Below the pieces are notes generated by a model. The model was not told where the DNA came from. It searched no databases and saw nothing but the letters and a program-made list of their open reading frames with translations. Below are positions 39,938-54,000 of a stretch of DNA of 60,291 nt, piece by piece. The position numbers were made by a program, and so were the translations under genes. Within the stretch, counting starts at the first letter, position 1. Each line of letters begins with the position of its first letter. Source of the DNA: Girardia tigrina (Eukaryota); assembly GCA_001938485.1 (NCBI GenBank), contig MQRK01248386.1:63151-123441 (forward strand), in the 5' to 3' direction.

Positions 39938-42900
39938 ATAAGTGACCGTATGTCACTACAATATATAATTGCTTTAAATCATTCATTTAATAATTTTAAT
40001 TTAATTTATTCGAAACTAGTATTTAATTTTAAATTATTTGAAACATTTAATTCCAAATAAAAAAAATTAGAAATTATTTCAAAACTCGAAAATTCTAATT
40101 TTTTAAAAATTACATTTTAGAAATTTTTATTTATTTAAATTATATTACGAAAATTTATATTAACATTGAAGTTGAAAATTCTTGTACAAGATGTATAAGT
40201 TAAAATTATAAATCCCAAATTCTTATTTTTAAAAAATATACTTTAAGTTTTTCAAATTATTTAAATTTTGATCAGCAAAATGAAAATTACATAACTCATA
40301 ATAATTATCATTAATCCGCTTTACCAAAACATTAAGGAAATAAAGTCCTTTATTAGTCTCATTTTAAATTATGAACTTTTTATCAGGATATTTTTCATTC
40401 ATAAAACTAAAAAATGGTTTTATATGAACTTCTTCAACACCAAGAAAAATTCATTCAAATTTTATTATAAATCAAAGGTAAATTTCCTATGAACAAACAT
40501 ACTTTATTCTCTGCAGATTACATAAAAATGGATACAAAATTAGGTGCTAAAGGTGACTCCATTGCCAGTTTCTTATATGTTCTTATACAACACAAATAAA
40601 ACATCCTTTGTAACAAATATCAATAGATCTAGCATCACCTATGGCGTAAACTTCAGATTTTGTGAATTACATTTTATATCACCCTTTTCAGTCAAAAAAC
40701 CAATTCAAAAGTTTCATAAATTGGAAAATTGGTGGATAAACTTGTCACATCAAATGATACCATCCACTCTTTTTCATTCTAAGCAGACTGATTTAAAATT
40801 CAGTCTTAAAATTTTAGGCTTTCCTCAACGTCTAACTGATTTAAAATAAAAAAATTAAACAATTTATCCAAAATTTTACCAAGTCTTTAGGGAAAAGTTC
40901 ACATCATTGAAATATATATATAGATTGATAGATGATATATAAAGATCAAATCTTACACTTTGTTAGCCATATATAATGAACTTTTGCAAACACAATTTCC
41001 TCTGTCGCAATTCATTGTAATGTTGTCACAAATATCTGGAAAATAGAGACAATTTCTTCGCTGACAAATACCGTTAGCATCCAGTTGGAAGCCTGCATCA
41101 CATATACAATTATTGGTGATAGGATTACAATGCTGATTTGGGGGGCACTCAATACATTTTTCTAATAAAAGCGAATTAATTGAAATAAAAACCTTGATTA
41201 AGCTGTAACTTGTGAACACATTAATTGAGGCATATTTACAGTGCAGGGGATTACTCTTGGATTCCACACAACACTGATAAATTCCAGAGTCACCGACGGT
41301 TGCCTTTTGAATATTAAGTTTGGCAGATGCTGATTGTCTTATGAAATTCATGGACATTAAAGGAGAGATTTTTCGCCAGCTTAGGTAGTTTACATTTCCA
41401 ATACCATTTTCATAAAAACAAATAATCTCAGCATCTTTTGATTCTGGTATATCAATTTTGTTCGGCATTATAACAATATTTGGTAGTTCTGTTATACCAA
41501 TTAAAAATGGTAACAAAAAGATATTAATTATTATCATAAATATTATCCACATTAAAAGAAATGATTGATGAAACGGTACAAATTTATTAATTTATATAGT
41601 TATCTTTATTATTTAAAATTTGTCCATAAGAAAAAATGCAAACACCATACTACCCTAGCCTAAACCGCATTTTTAATCACTTTTTTTTAAATAAATGAGT
41701 ATAAAATATGAACTAATTGCACGATTTGTATAAAATAAAAATTTCTATAATACTTTTACAATAAAACTGGTAATCTCTAAACAATAAACATTTATTTCAA
41801 TCTGGAAACAGTTTGGTTCAAAAGTTATCGGACAACTTAGATGTGTTTTATAAACAGCGGTAACTACAGTGAAACATCTTCGATAAAAAAATAAAACCAA
41901 TAACGACTTTTATACGTTTCTCCATAGTAGCTATTAGGGTGAGTCATAAGTTGTGGGGCACTTTTTATTAAAAATTAAAATGTTCATAAAACAACGCACA
42001 ATAAAGATTATGATTCGAAATAAAGTCCATTATGTTCAATACATTGTNNNNNNNNNNNNNNNNNNNNNNNNNNNNNNNNNNNNNNNNNNNNNNNNNNNNN
42101 NNNNNNNNNNNNNNNNNNNNNNNNNNNNNNNNNNNNNNNNNNNNNNNNNNNNNNNNNNNNNNNNNNNNNNNNNNNNNNNNNNNNNNNNNNNNNNNNNNNN
42201 NNNNNNNNNNNNNNNNNNNNNNNNNNNNNNNNNNNNNNNNNNNNNNNNNNNNNNNNNNNNNNNNNNNNNNNNNNNNNNNNNNNNNNNNNNNNNNNNNNNN
42301 NNNNNNNNNNNNNNNNNNNNNNNNNNNNNNNNNNNNNNNNNNNNNNNNNNNNNNNNNNNNNNNNNNNNNNNNNNNNNNNNNNNNNNNNNNNNNNNNNNNN
42401 NNNNNNNNNNNNNNNNNNNNNNNNNNNNNNNNNNNNNNNNNNNNNNNNNNNNNNNNNNNNNNNNNNNNNNNNNNNNNNNNNNNNNNNNNNNNNNNNNNNN
42501 NNNNNNNNNNNNNNNNNNNNNNNNNNNNNNNNNNNNNNNNNNNNNNNNNNNNNNNNNNNNNNNNNNNNNNNNNNNNNNNNNNNNNNNNNNNNNNNNNNNN
42601 NNNNNNNNNNNNNNNNNNNNNNNNNNNNNNNNNNNNNNNNNNNNNNNNNNNNNNNNNNNNNNNNNNNNNNNNNNNNNNNNNNNNNNNNNNNNNNNNNNNN
42701 NNNNNNNNNNNNNNNNNNNNNNNNNNNNNNNNNNNNNNNNNNNNNNNNNNNNNNNNNNNNNNNNNNNNNNNNNNNNNNNNNNNNNNNNNNNNNNNNNNNN
42801 NNNNNNNNNNNNNNNNNNNNNNNNNNNNNNNNNNNNNNNNNNNNNNNNNNNNNNNNNNNNNNNNNNNNNNNAATTTTTCCATAATTTTCTAAAATGTTTA

Positions 42901-44992
42901 AAAAATTAGAATGAACATAAAATCATGATTTTCTTACAAATACTGAAACTTCAGTTTATGAGCTTTATTACGATATACAAATTCAATTAAAATCGATTCG
43001 ACAATTCATGTTGTAATTAAAGATAATAACTTTGGAAAGAGTGCCCCACAACTTATGACTCACCCTAATATAAGATTAAAACAAGTTTCCCTACTTATGC
43101 TGGTCCATATGCCTAATAATCTTTCAATCAACTCGTCCTGAAAATTAATATTTTTTTTAATTTCTCGTATCAAAAATGTCATCAAATAAACTATAATTGT
43201 TAAGGAGTTCAAAAATATATATATTACGCACAAATACCAAAACCTCTTAAAGTTATGAAAACTAGAAAAACCCAAAAAAATTTATTTAATTTTTTAAATT
43301 TATAAATACATTTGTGTATGATTGCCAAATATTTCTGTGTAAAATGACTAACTATTAAATTAGTTAATAAATCTTTTAATTGATTTTTACATAAGTCGAT
43401 TTTTCGCTTTTTAAAAGTATAGTAATATCAATAAATTGAATAAGATTCACATGATAATTTACATTCTAAATCAATAAAGCCCATTCGAAACACATAAATC
43501 TCTTAGGAAAGATCAAAAATAAGTAATCTTATGCATTTTGTATTTTAAATTTTACCAGTAGTAACACCACCAACTCATCTAACTTCTATGTGCTTCATTT
43601 GAGAGATCTCTTCCTCACTGGCGTTTCCCGATATTTTACAATTTAATTTGATATTCCCGGCTTTGTCACATTTAAAACATTTACTTTTACACATGTTTTG
43701 TAAATGCCTAATCATTGCAACCACTTCTTAGTTATGTTGCCGAGTATATATCTTTTTAGCCATGTTAACAATACTTTAGAATATAAAATCATCATCTAAT
43801 CTTGGATGCACCTCTTTCTTTAACTGGCCTGGCAAGTTGTGAATGAAGCATATTGAACAAAATACATCGATTTGATCAAAATCTTCTACTACAGTCATGA
43901 TCAGTTGGTCGATTTTAGCTGCTGAAACATATAAACGATCACTTGGTAGAATTTTATTTTTTACCTAGCATTAACCTTTTATCAAATTTACTCAAACCAA
44001 ACACTCAGCGCAATCCACTTTTAATTTCTTTTCTTTTTCACCAATTTTCTTTTTAAATCTTTTCCACCAATTTTCATCTCAACCATCCACCTGAATAGCA
44101 AACATAAATTTGTTGATCAAACACTCGACATCTTCTCCACCATCGAATTTCTTGAGATTCTTAATTGATTTCCTTGCTGCGAAAGCTTGTTACAAATTGA
44201 TAATAAGATTTTTAAAAGTGATTAGTAAAAGTGATCTACAATATTTGTTTTACTTAAAAAAATATAATACCAAATGTTTAATTACAATATATATGTACTT
44301 GAAAAACACCTGTCATTTGTGGAGAAATAGCAATCGGAATTAAATACGATTGTTTTAATTGACTAATTAATTGCGGGAACTTTGAGCCGATGGATTTTTG
44401 ATCGGAAAAATAAAACTTTGCCATCAGCTTCGACTTATCAAGCTAACGCGATCATAAACTGGATGAAATTAACGGATGCAGTCCTAACATATGATGGCTG
44501 CGGCGATTTCGCGATTTGGTATCGCATGTATGACTGGGGAGTTAAATTTTCGTCTTTGAAAGTTTCTGTTTTAATTTATAAGTCGTAGTAATATTTTATT
44601 ATTTATTGTTTCGAATTGAGTGTTTAATTTTTCAATTTTTTTAAATTAACTTTTTTTTAATTTAATTTTTTTTATAATAAATAAAAAGAAACTTTAAAAA
44701 TAATAGTAATAATAATACAAATAATAAGCGATAATAACTCGATAGCATCATGGAACAGTTTAAACATTTTTAGATAATCGTAAAATGAATTGTGTCATAA
44801 AATTAAAATTAACTTTTTGAGGAAATCGATTTTAATGGAATTTAATTTTTTTAATGGATTATAATGAAACGTTTTAGTTAATTTAAAATAATTATAAAGA
44901 TAAAGATAATCACAATAATTTGTAAATTTCCCGTCGTTGTTTAAACGAATCACTTTCATCATCGGGAACTTCACACAGGCAGAAATCATAAT

Positions 44993-45039
<47 letters not shown>

Positions 45040-48000
45040 TATATATATATATTTTGAATCTAAATTCTACAATATTTATATTTTCAATTTTGAATTATAT
45101 ATTTTTCAAATTTTTAATTGTGTAACACATAAAAATATATCAAATAATTTCTTTATAAAATTTAGGAACTAAAAAATTTGTATATAATTTAAAGACATTA
45201 TACGAACCGCATGATTTTCCATCACTGCTCAACACGTACTGCTCAGGACAAATGCATTTAGAGTTGACGCAGACATTGTTAATTGGACAATCCGCATTAA
45301 TTTTGCATTCTAATAAAATAAGAATAAGTATTTTATTGAATAATTATCGTTTTAAAAAGATCATTTGAAACCACAAATAAATAATAGAAGGAATAAATAT
45401 AATTTGTTAATCGATTCTTGAATTTTTAATTCAATAATAGCACAGACAATCGATTACTTGAAATGATGAATCACATCAGAAGATGTTAAAGGAATGCTTC
45501 CTAAATATGTCCTAGTGAAAGGGTTGGTAACATTATTGATCATGACAATAACATGGGAATGATTTAGGGTATGATGAATCGTGGGTTTTATTATTGATAG
45601 AGACTCTCCCAACACAAATAGATATTTATTCGGATTGCAAATATTTAAAATTGTCTATATTCATAATTAAAAAAAATAATTTGAAGAACAAATTTATAGA
45701 AAAACTATTTCAATTAGTAATTTAATTACTTTAAAAAACGTTTTTAACAATGAAATTTAAGTCGTCCAGATACTTGACACGACACTAATAATTGTTTTGA
45801 TAATTAAAATTATTAATTTAAAACCCTTTTATTCATATTGGAACATATATCTTCATGTGAAATTAAAAAAAAACAATTATTGGAAGAAGTTCAAATATAA
45901 TTTGTATGGCCCCGGTACAAGAGAGTACACTGAATGTACAGCTATGTTGAGAACCATAAGTGGAATTGATTATTGGGAAATAATTTTTAAGGTTTATCAA
46001 TTCTCCAGTATATAAAATAAATAATACATACATAAATAACTAATTAACAAATAATATATTTTAAAATATTTTTTTAGAAAAAGAAACTTTTATACATGCA
46101 CTAAAAAGATCTATTCATTTATTTTCATCGGAAATGAGCAAATATGCAAAGTCTCAGCTTAATTGAGCATTGAGAAGTGGTTGAAAAATCAATTACAAGA
46201 TTTGTGCCAGACAAGTAGACAGATGAAGCTAATATTAAAAAGTTTAAAAAAAGAAAAAAAATGATTTTTTTCCTAATTTGAAAATATTTATTTTGTAACA
46301 AATTATTCAAAGTTTTTGTATGAAATACTAAATTTAGAGAAATAGTTTCCTTAATTTGATGGATAAAATGAAGAATTTGTGGATCTTTTACATAAATTAC
46401 ATGCATAAAAATTATTACATTAAAAAATATACAATATTTTTCGAAAATTTGAAATTTGAATATATTTCAAAATTCCAAAACTCAAACACTTTTTAAAAGG
46501 TTTTTAAATTTTTGGATGGTTAATTAATCTTATCATTTAGGGTCGAATTTTTACTAACCATTAAGTAGCAGTTAAATAATTATTTCAATTTATTTCTTTA
46601 AAATTGCATTTAAATTGGGGTTACAAATTAAATAAGTTTTAATAATAAATATCAATTATTCTAATGATTTATTAACGTTACCACATCTATATACTTTATA
46701 GTTTGGAGGTTGAAGAAGAATAATTAGTCTAAATATTACCGAGTAGAACCAATCAGTCCAGCTAATCAAATGTAAGGAATCAACCACTGAACCCGATACC
46801 AGGACACAAGGCAACTCAAGTACCAATCGTCGATCCGAATGCATCTGTGACCGTAGAGTAATAAAGCGAGTCCCTTAAAAAGCTACCGCCTTATAAATCT
46901 CACTGTGAGAGAAACCTTAGATGCCTGTTTTGAGGAGGTGTAAAGTCCACGTACTCCACCAAAGGGATGAAGAATCATGGTACTGCTATTCATGACTGGT
47001 CGTTTCTCACTGGATTGCCGAACTGTCCGCGGAAGCGAAAGGTTGACGTCTCCATAGGAGGCCTATCGGGTGGTTAATAGACTTATTTGGTTTGGGTTAA
47101 CTATCTAAAGTGCATTTAGGCCCAATGCCATTCTTGAAAAGAGATGAGAGACCCAAATGTACCTAAGTTATAAATATCAGTATGACATAGTCTGGTTTTT
47201 ACTAAAATTCTTTTTAAAAATTTACCATCGATATTGGGAAATATTAATCTCAACAAAAAGTACTATTGGGACATAAAAGTATATATATATATATAGGATT
47301 TATTCAAATATTACAAAAACTCTGCATCCTTCAGAAAGAAGAAAAGCTAATCACTCATTTCTTTAATTAAAATTAGTATTTAATGAAGGATTATGTATCT
47401 AAGTTTGAAATGCTTTAGTTTTATTGATCTATCTCCATAAGAACCCTGTAGCATGATTGTTTTAAGAATTATTTGTAGTTTGTTCTTCATAAGAACTATA
47501 AATAAAATATCTTTTTAAAGTGTAATGGTCATTATTTTAATTGTACTTTATAAGATACAATCTACGTAAAAGAATATATTACCAAATGAGGAGTAAAAAA
47601 ATAATATGTCCTCTTTCTGGAAAACAAATTTTGTTTGAAGGATGCATCTCGTTCTGGATACTTAGATTAGATATAACAATATTTAGGGTCTCTTAATTAA
47701 GAAAACATAAGCATAAAATCTCAGAAATTGACCACAAAAAAAGAAAAATCACAAGATACAAAAGCTTAAAAGCAGTGGAAAATAATTAACAAAACTTTAA
47801 GCCTCACCCCTACCTGCACTAACTATAAACAATAAAAATGTTAGGAAAGACACGAAGATTATTTCTAAAACTAATTCAAGTTATTCCTTCCAACGTTTTG
47901 AAAAACAATTTACAGTCATTTCAAATGTTTCAACATTTCTGCGATAAAGATAGGTTTAGGAGTCACCTTTAGATGACTAAGTGGAAATAATCTTAAAATA

Positions 48001-51000
48001 TTTATATTTTACTAAAATATAAAATTCCTACCGGTTTGTACAACACATTTATTATTTTCCAGTTTGAATCCCGTTTTACAGATACATCTCAAATTATTAT
48101 CACTTGATTGTTTACAAACGGCATTTGGATCACTGCATGGAAGAGTCTGGGTACATTCATCCTGGGATCTACAGGAATCTATTCCATTACCGACCAATGG
48201 TTTCATGCAGATGCAGGTACCCATTATACATTCAGCTTTCAAGTGACATTTTGGATTACAAACTGCAAAATTAATTTTGAATGTCAGTATTTATTAACTA
48301 TCAGTAGATAAATTATGAACCAACGTCTCTTACCTATCGGTTGACAAACTGGAGAGTACGGTGTTTTTATGAATCCGGGTTTACATAAACAATCATAAAA
48401 TGGCATTGTAAAATGTTTCTGACACAATGAATTTGGATCTGCGCATTTGTCGGTTAAACTGCATTTATTGTCGGGGACGCAGATGAATCCGTTACCGGAA
48501 AAACCAATTTTACAAATACAGGTTCCGAGAATACAGACTGCATTCTGATCGCAGGATGGTACGCACGCTAAATGAATATTTTGTAGAATAACTCCTTCAG
48601 ATTAACATTTCTTTAGTATATATATTGGATTTTGTTTAGTTTTGTACCCGTAATGTGTACTGAAGGTGTGCAGAAAATTTAGAGTATGGACTATCTCAGA
48701 ATATAATAAAATAATTTGGGGTGACTTTAACACAAAATATCCACAAAATTACAATAAATGAGATACAAGAAAACAATATTGTAAGCCATAATAATGTAAA
48801 TGTAATCAAATGTAATCTTAGGTTTAGTAATAAAATTATGGTAATAAAATCTTTATTTTCAAAAAATTAAACTAAAATAATTAGAATATTTTGAATTTTT
48901 TCAAAAAAAAATATATAAATAAAGAAAAAATTAAAAAAAACTTTTCAAGAAATATTAATGAATATAATTAACAAAAGATGCGTCATTTCTAAAAATATTT
49001 TTGTAATAATATATTTCGACTGTTTTACTGCCATCTCCAGGTCACTGAGTTTTACCTCTTTTATTGATTATGTATTATTCTATTCTCACAGAAAGAAATA
49101 ACATTTTAAACTTAAAAATCAGTCATTTAAATTTAAAAAGATGTTTTTTAATAAATCACCTACTCCTTTGAGTTTGTGTTCGGACATTGTTTATCAGTGT
49201 AAGTTTAATGAGTGCAATGTCGCATACATTGGAGAGACTGCATTGGATTTTTGAGGACCACTTCCGGCCGTTCATGGAAAGAAGTATATGTTGGAAATCA
49301 TTGACAGATTCAGTAGATATATTAGTTTGACGGCTGTTAATAATCAAGACGAAGCAACGGTGATAAAAACCTTTCAACACAAGTGGATATATAAATTCGG
49401 AGCTCCAGCAAATATCCACATTGACAGAGGAAAAGTTTTTAAGTACCAGAGTTTTGGCGAATACGCGAAATCAATGCTGATGACAATACATTTTTCAAGT
49501 CCATATCATCATAATGCAAACCGGACAATAGAACGACAGTTTTGGATCATCTGGATGCTCTTAATGCTACATTAAAGGAAGGAGGAGGTTCAAACTGGGT
49601 TGACATCCTCTCGGAACTGAAGTTCAGTTTGAACGCTTCCAGGCAAAGTACTATTCGAGTAAGCCCAGCAGAAGTGATATTGGGAAAGCGTATCACATTA
49701 GATGGCTCTCGCCACTATGAGCTGGATAAAAAAAAGTTATAGAATATATTAAACAAAAGAACTATCTTAAAACAAACCAAGGAGTTATAACGAGAAGAGA
49801 GTTTCGGGAAGGAGATTTAGTACTGGTAAAGAGGGAAAATAGACCAAAAGGATCAGGCAGATATGAAGGACCATATAAAATCATCCGGAAAATACATGAT
49901 CGTTGCGTACAATTGAAAAATAAGACAGGGCTCGTAATAACGAGGAATATCGAATGGCTAAAGCCTTTTAAAGAAGGGGGGGTGTTAGGATAAGAGACTC
50001 ATATATTTATATTTATATCCATATCTATATTTATACACATAAGAGATCATAAATATTATTACAAATGCTCCTGAAATATCAATAGAAATATTAAAACAAC
50101 GTTTTAATAAAGATTTAAATAAATTAATAAATTTTTGTTATGTCTGATTCGACTTACAGTTCCCATTTGAAAACATTGGTAATGAATGGGTTAATATCCT
50201 TAATGGTAATAACTAATAGTATAATTTTTCAAAATTATTTATAAATAAATATAAAAATTTACATTTCGGTATACACTTTTGATCTTGATTTGTAAAACCC
50301 TCTGGACATTTACAAGAGTTAACATTATCTATTTTCGTACAAACTGATCCTGAAATCATACAATCTGAATCCTTCTGACATTCGTTAAGTTTTCGACATG
50401 AAGTAATCCCATCGCCGGTGTATCCAGGATTGCAAGTGCAAGTACCAAGCATGCAGTATGCGTTAGGATGACATGGCTGATAACAATCTCAAATAAAAAC
50501 AGTTATCCTTTACAGAATATGTAAATTAAAGTACTTACTAACAGGCAAGCAGTAGCCAAATTTGTACATAAAACCAGGCCTGCAAGTGCATATAGATTTA
50601 AAATTTGGCAATTTTACACAAATCTCTAATGGATTTTTACATGAATTTAATGTATTTACTTCACATTCATTCTTTTCAACGCATGTTGAGTTAGAATTTA
50701 AAACAAAATTTGATTTACATTGACATTGTCCCCCAACACACTCTTCATTTGCCTGACATGGTTTAGGACATGCTAAAAAGAATAGGTATACACATTTTAT
50801 AGCAAAGTAACTTACGAATTGGCGAACACAAATTATTGTTTAACCGAATATATCCCAATTTACACTGACACTTTAGTGATCCTGATTCCATAGTACAAAC
50901 TGCATTATTATCCCTGCAATCACTGTCTAGTCTACATTCATCTTTGGGTTTACATGACTTCCCATCCCCAATAAGATTAGGACCGGGACATGTACATCCA

Positions 51001-54000
51001 AGTGATGGACTACAAATGGCGTTTAGATGACATACAGAGCAATCATGACAATTCAAAACTCCATCTCCTTGAAATCCTAATCGACATTGACATACTTTAT
51101 TTCTACAATCTGCGAATATGTGACATTTATCCGGACATCCTAGTATTAATAATACTAAAAATTCTCATTTCCAATTTTTACCTTCTTCAACACATTGAAA
51201 TACTGATTTTGGAACAAATCCCTTTCGACACATGCATCGTTTTCCTTGAAACAATGCATGGTAAACACATTTATGATTGGGATCTGAGCAATCATTTTCA
51301 CTTTGACAATGATCAATTGGTACACAAGTCGATCCATTCGTAGAAAGACTATAACCATCTTTACAAACACAAATTCCAAGTTCGCATTTTGCATTTTTAT
51401 GACAACTTGGATTGCATGCTTTTAAAGAAATTGTTGAAAGAATGTAATAAAATGTAGTAATATTAAACAATAAAAAAATTGATTTTATGAATTTTTAAAG
51501 TCCTTTACTCTGATATAGTCATTTACTAATTCATTAAAATACATTATGTAAAATAAATAAACCATCAAGAGAAGGAAGCTGAAATTGTACGGACATCAGA
51601 CTGTTAAGAGAACTCACACATTTGACAGAACATTTATTACATTCACAAATTTTATCATCTTTATGATGATTAATATTATTGCTTTCACTAGAATCCATCA
51701 ATCAATTTTCAATATCTCCCATTATAATCTGAACTATACTTGATAAGATTATTTTATTTAAAAATATTTAATTTAAATTTGATTGGCTAAAATAAAATAT
51801 TTTTATAAACATTTTTAAACATTAATTTGATTTTAATTATATAAAAATTTACAAAAATAAATCATTAAAATTATTTAAAAGTTGCAATAATAAAAACTAA
51901 AAATTTGAATATTAAATCTAAATTTAAATAAATTAGTTGCAGATTATAAAAAATTAAATATTGATAATCCATCTGGTTAGGAGAGACACAATCCCAAATC
52001 AACATACAACATTTAAACATGCAAACACTACAAAAACAATTATACACCAAATATTCCTCACACAGACAACAAATGTACTGGTCAAGGTTATGATTGAAGG
52101 AAGAGTGGAAGGAGAAAGACTAAAGAGACGATTGACATACGACCCAAAATAGAGTGGATTGAGGATGGAAGGTCTAAAACGAACAGCATCAAATAAATAA
52201 ATGTGGCGAAGGCGTGTGTATAATTGATAGAAAGATGTAAAATTTATAAATTCATTGTAGATATTTCAATTTCTTATATCAAATTATCGATATTTTAAAT
52301 ACTATGTCAAATATTTATGTAAAAATATGGATTGTTATCAGTCTTCGGAACGGCCGAATTGTGCACATTATAGATTTCATTCATAATAAAAAAATTCTTT
52401 TAAAATTTATTTGTAAGACAATTGTGTACTTTAAATTACTTACCCAAATCTCTGAATATCCAAACAAATTACTCAATACTTGTTTTCTTTATTTTAGTAT
52501 AATTCATCGTTATTTTGAAAGAATCATTTTATAGGGTTATTCATAATTATAAACCCATCTATTGAAAATTATATACCTATTTATTCCTAATTATATACCC
52601 ATCTAGTCAAAATTATATACCCATCTATTCAAAATTATATACCCATTTATTAATATTATAGACAAAATAAATATTATTAAATTATTTTTTAATTAAGATA
52701 GAACAAAGATATCTTAAAACGACAAACGAATAATAATGATTTATTTTACCAAGAATTTAATTAAATAAAATCTTCTCTTCTTCTAGCTCTTTCTAGCCAT
52801 CTTCTCATATTTATAAAAAAAGTTTTGACATTCCTGCGAATAATCATTTCTCGAACATAAAATCGAGTCTAATGTAGCCTCAATACCTATTTAGATTACC
52901 AACCATATATAATACAAATATTTATATACATTAAAATTGTTTAATTATTTAACTTAATTATTCTGATAAAATTTTCTCAAAGAATTTTACATTATTATTC
53001 AATTTTGTTAAATTAATTTCATTTCCCGTTCACTTTTAATCTTTAACATAGATAAATTAAAAATCACCAAAAAACTTCGAAATATTGTATAGAGTTAGCT
53101 CATTCGTTGGTTTTACGAAACGCAAGTAGACGACAAAAGGCAAATCTACACCGAGATATTGTGTTTTCTATTGATTGTATCGTTCAGTCATCCTCATCCT
53201 CGGCATTACCATCATCATCATCAATGACACAAATATATCAATATCAGAATCGAGTTCTCGTAGTAAACAAGTATTACACGGAAGATGCAAGATATGTTAT
53301 GACACAGCAGTCGATTATGAAACAAAGCATAAAGCCAGCAGAATTAATTCAAAATGTTGTCGCTGTGACTTCTTCATTTGTAAGAAACATTCAAAAATCG
53401 AGATTGTTTGTGATAATTGTGAATTGGACAAATCAGATTGAATATACTTCAAAATTAATTAGCACTTGTTATTTGAAACAAATTTTTTGCTTCTTTTCTT
53501 TGATTGCTTTTATGGACATATTTGTCCATGCATGGTATAATATGTAACTATTTCCCACATGGTGTTTGTAGGGTTAATTATTCAGTAATAATTTCGTTGT
53601 TTTTGAAATATAATTTAGAAATTTTAACAGTTAATTATGAAATTAATTATTATATTTGATGAACAAGAATTTATATCACAATCGATGTACCTCACACATT
53701 AAATTTGAAAAATCCACAAATTTTACTAACATTTTTTATCAAAATTAATCCATGTGTTCATAAATTAAGAATTGCTGCCAAAAGTGTCTCATATATTGTC
53801 ATAAATATTTACTTTTACAGGATAGAAGATTTTAATTTTTTACAATTAAAATTATAAACTTACCGATTGGAGTACATAAAGAATTTTGGAAAGTAAATCC
53901 AGGTTTACATATGCACTTTTTGAATTTTTCATTTCCAACTAAACATACAGCATTTCGGTCCCTGCAATCGCTGTCATACTGACACTGGTCTTCCAATTGA

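Noticed and set aside
40878-40910. Possible GT-TG intron or micro-exon (CELFPKDL) after the exon ending at 40957
   Set aside because: The phase-2 donor joins canonically to 31476, which supplies the missing Cys, so no non-canonical exon is needed.
41953-42909. Long ORFs in the ORF track (also 39005-39334 and 36329-37227)
   Set aside because: They are mostly translations of N gaps.
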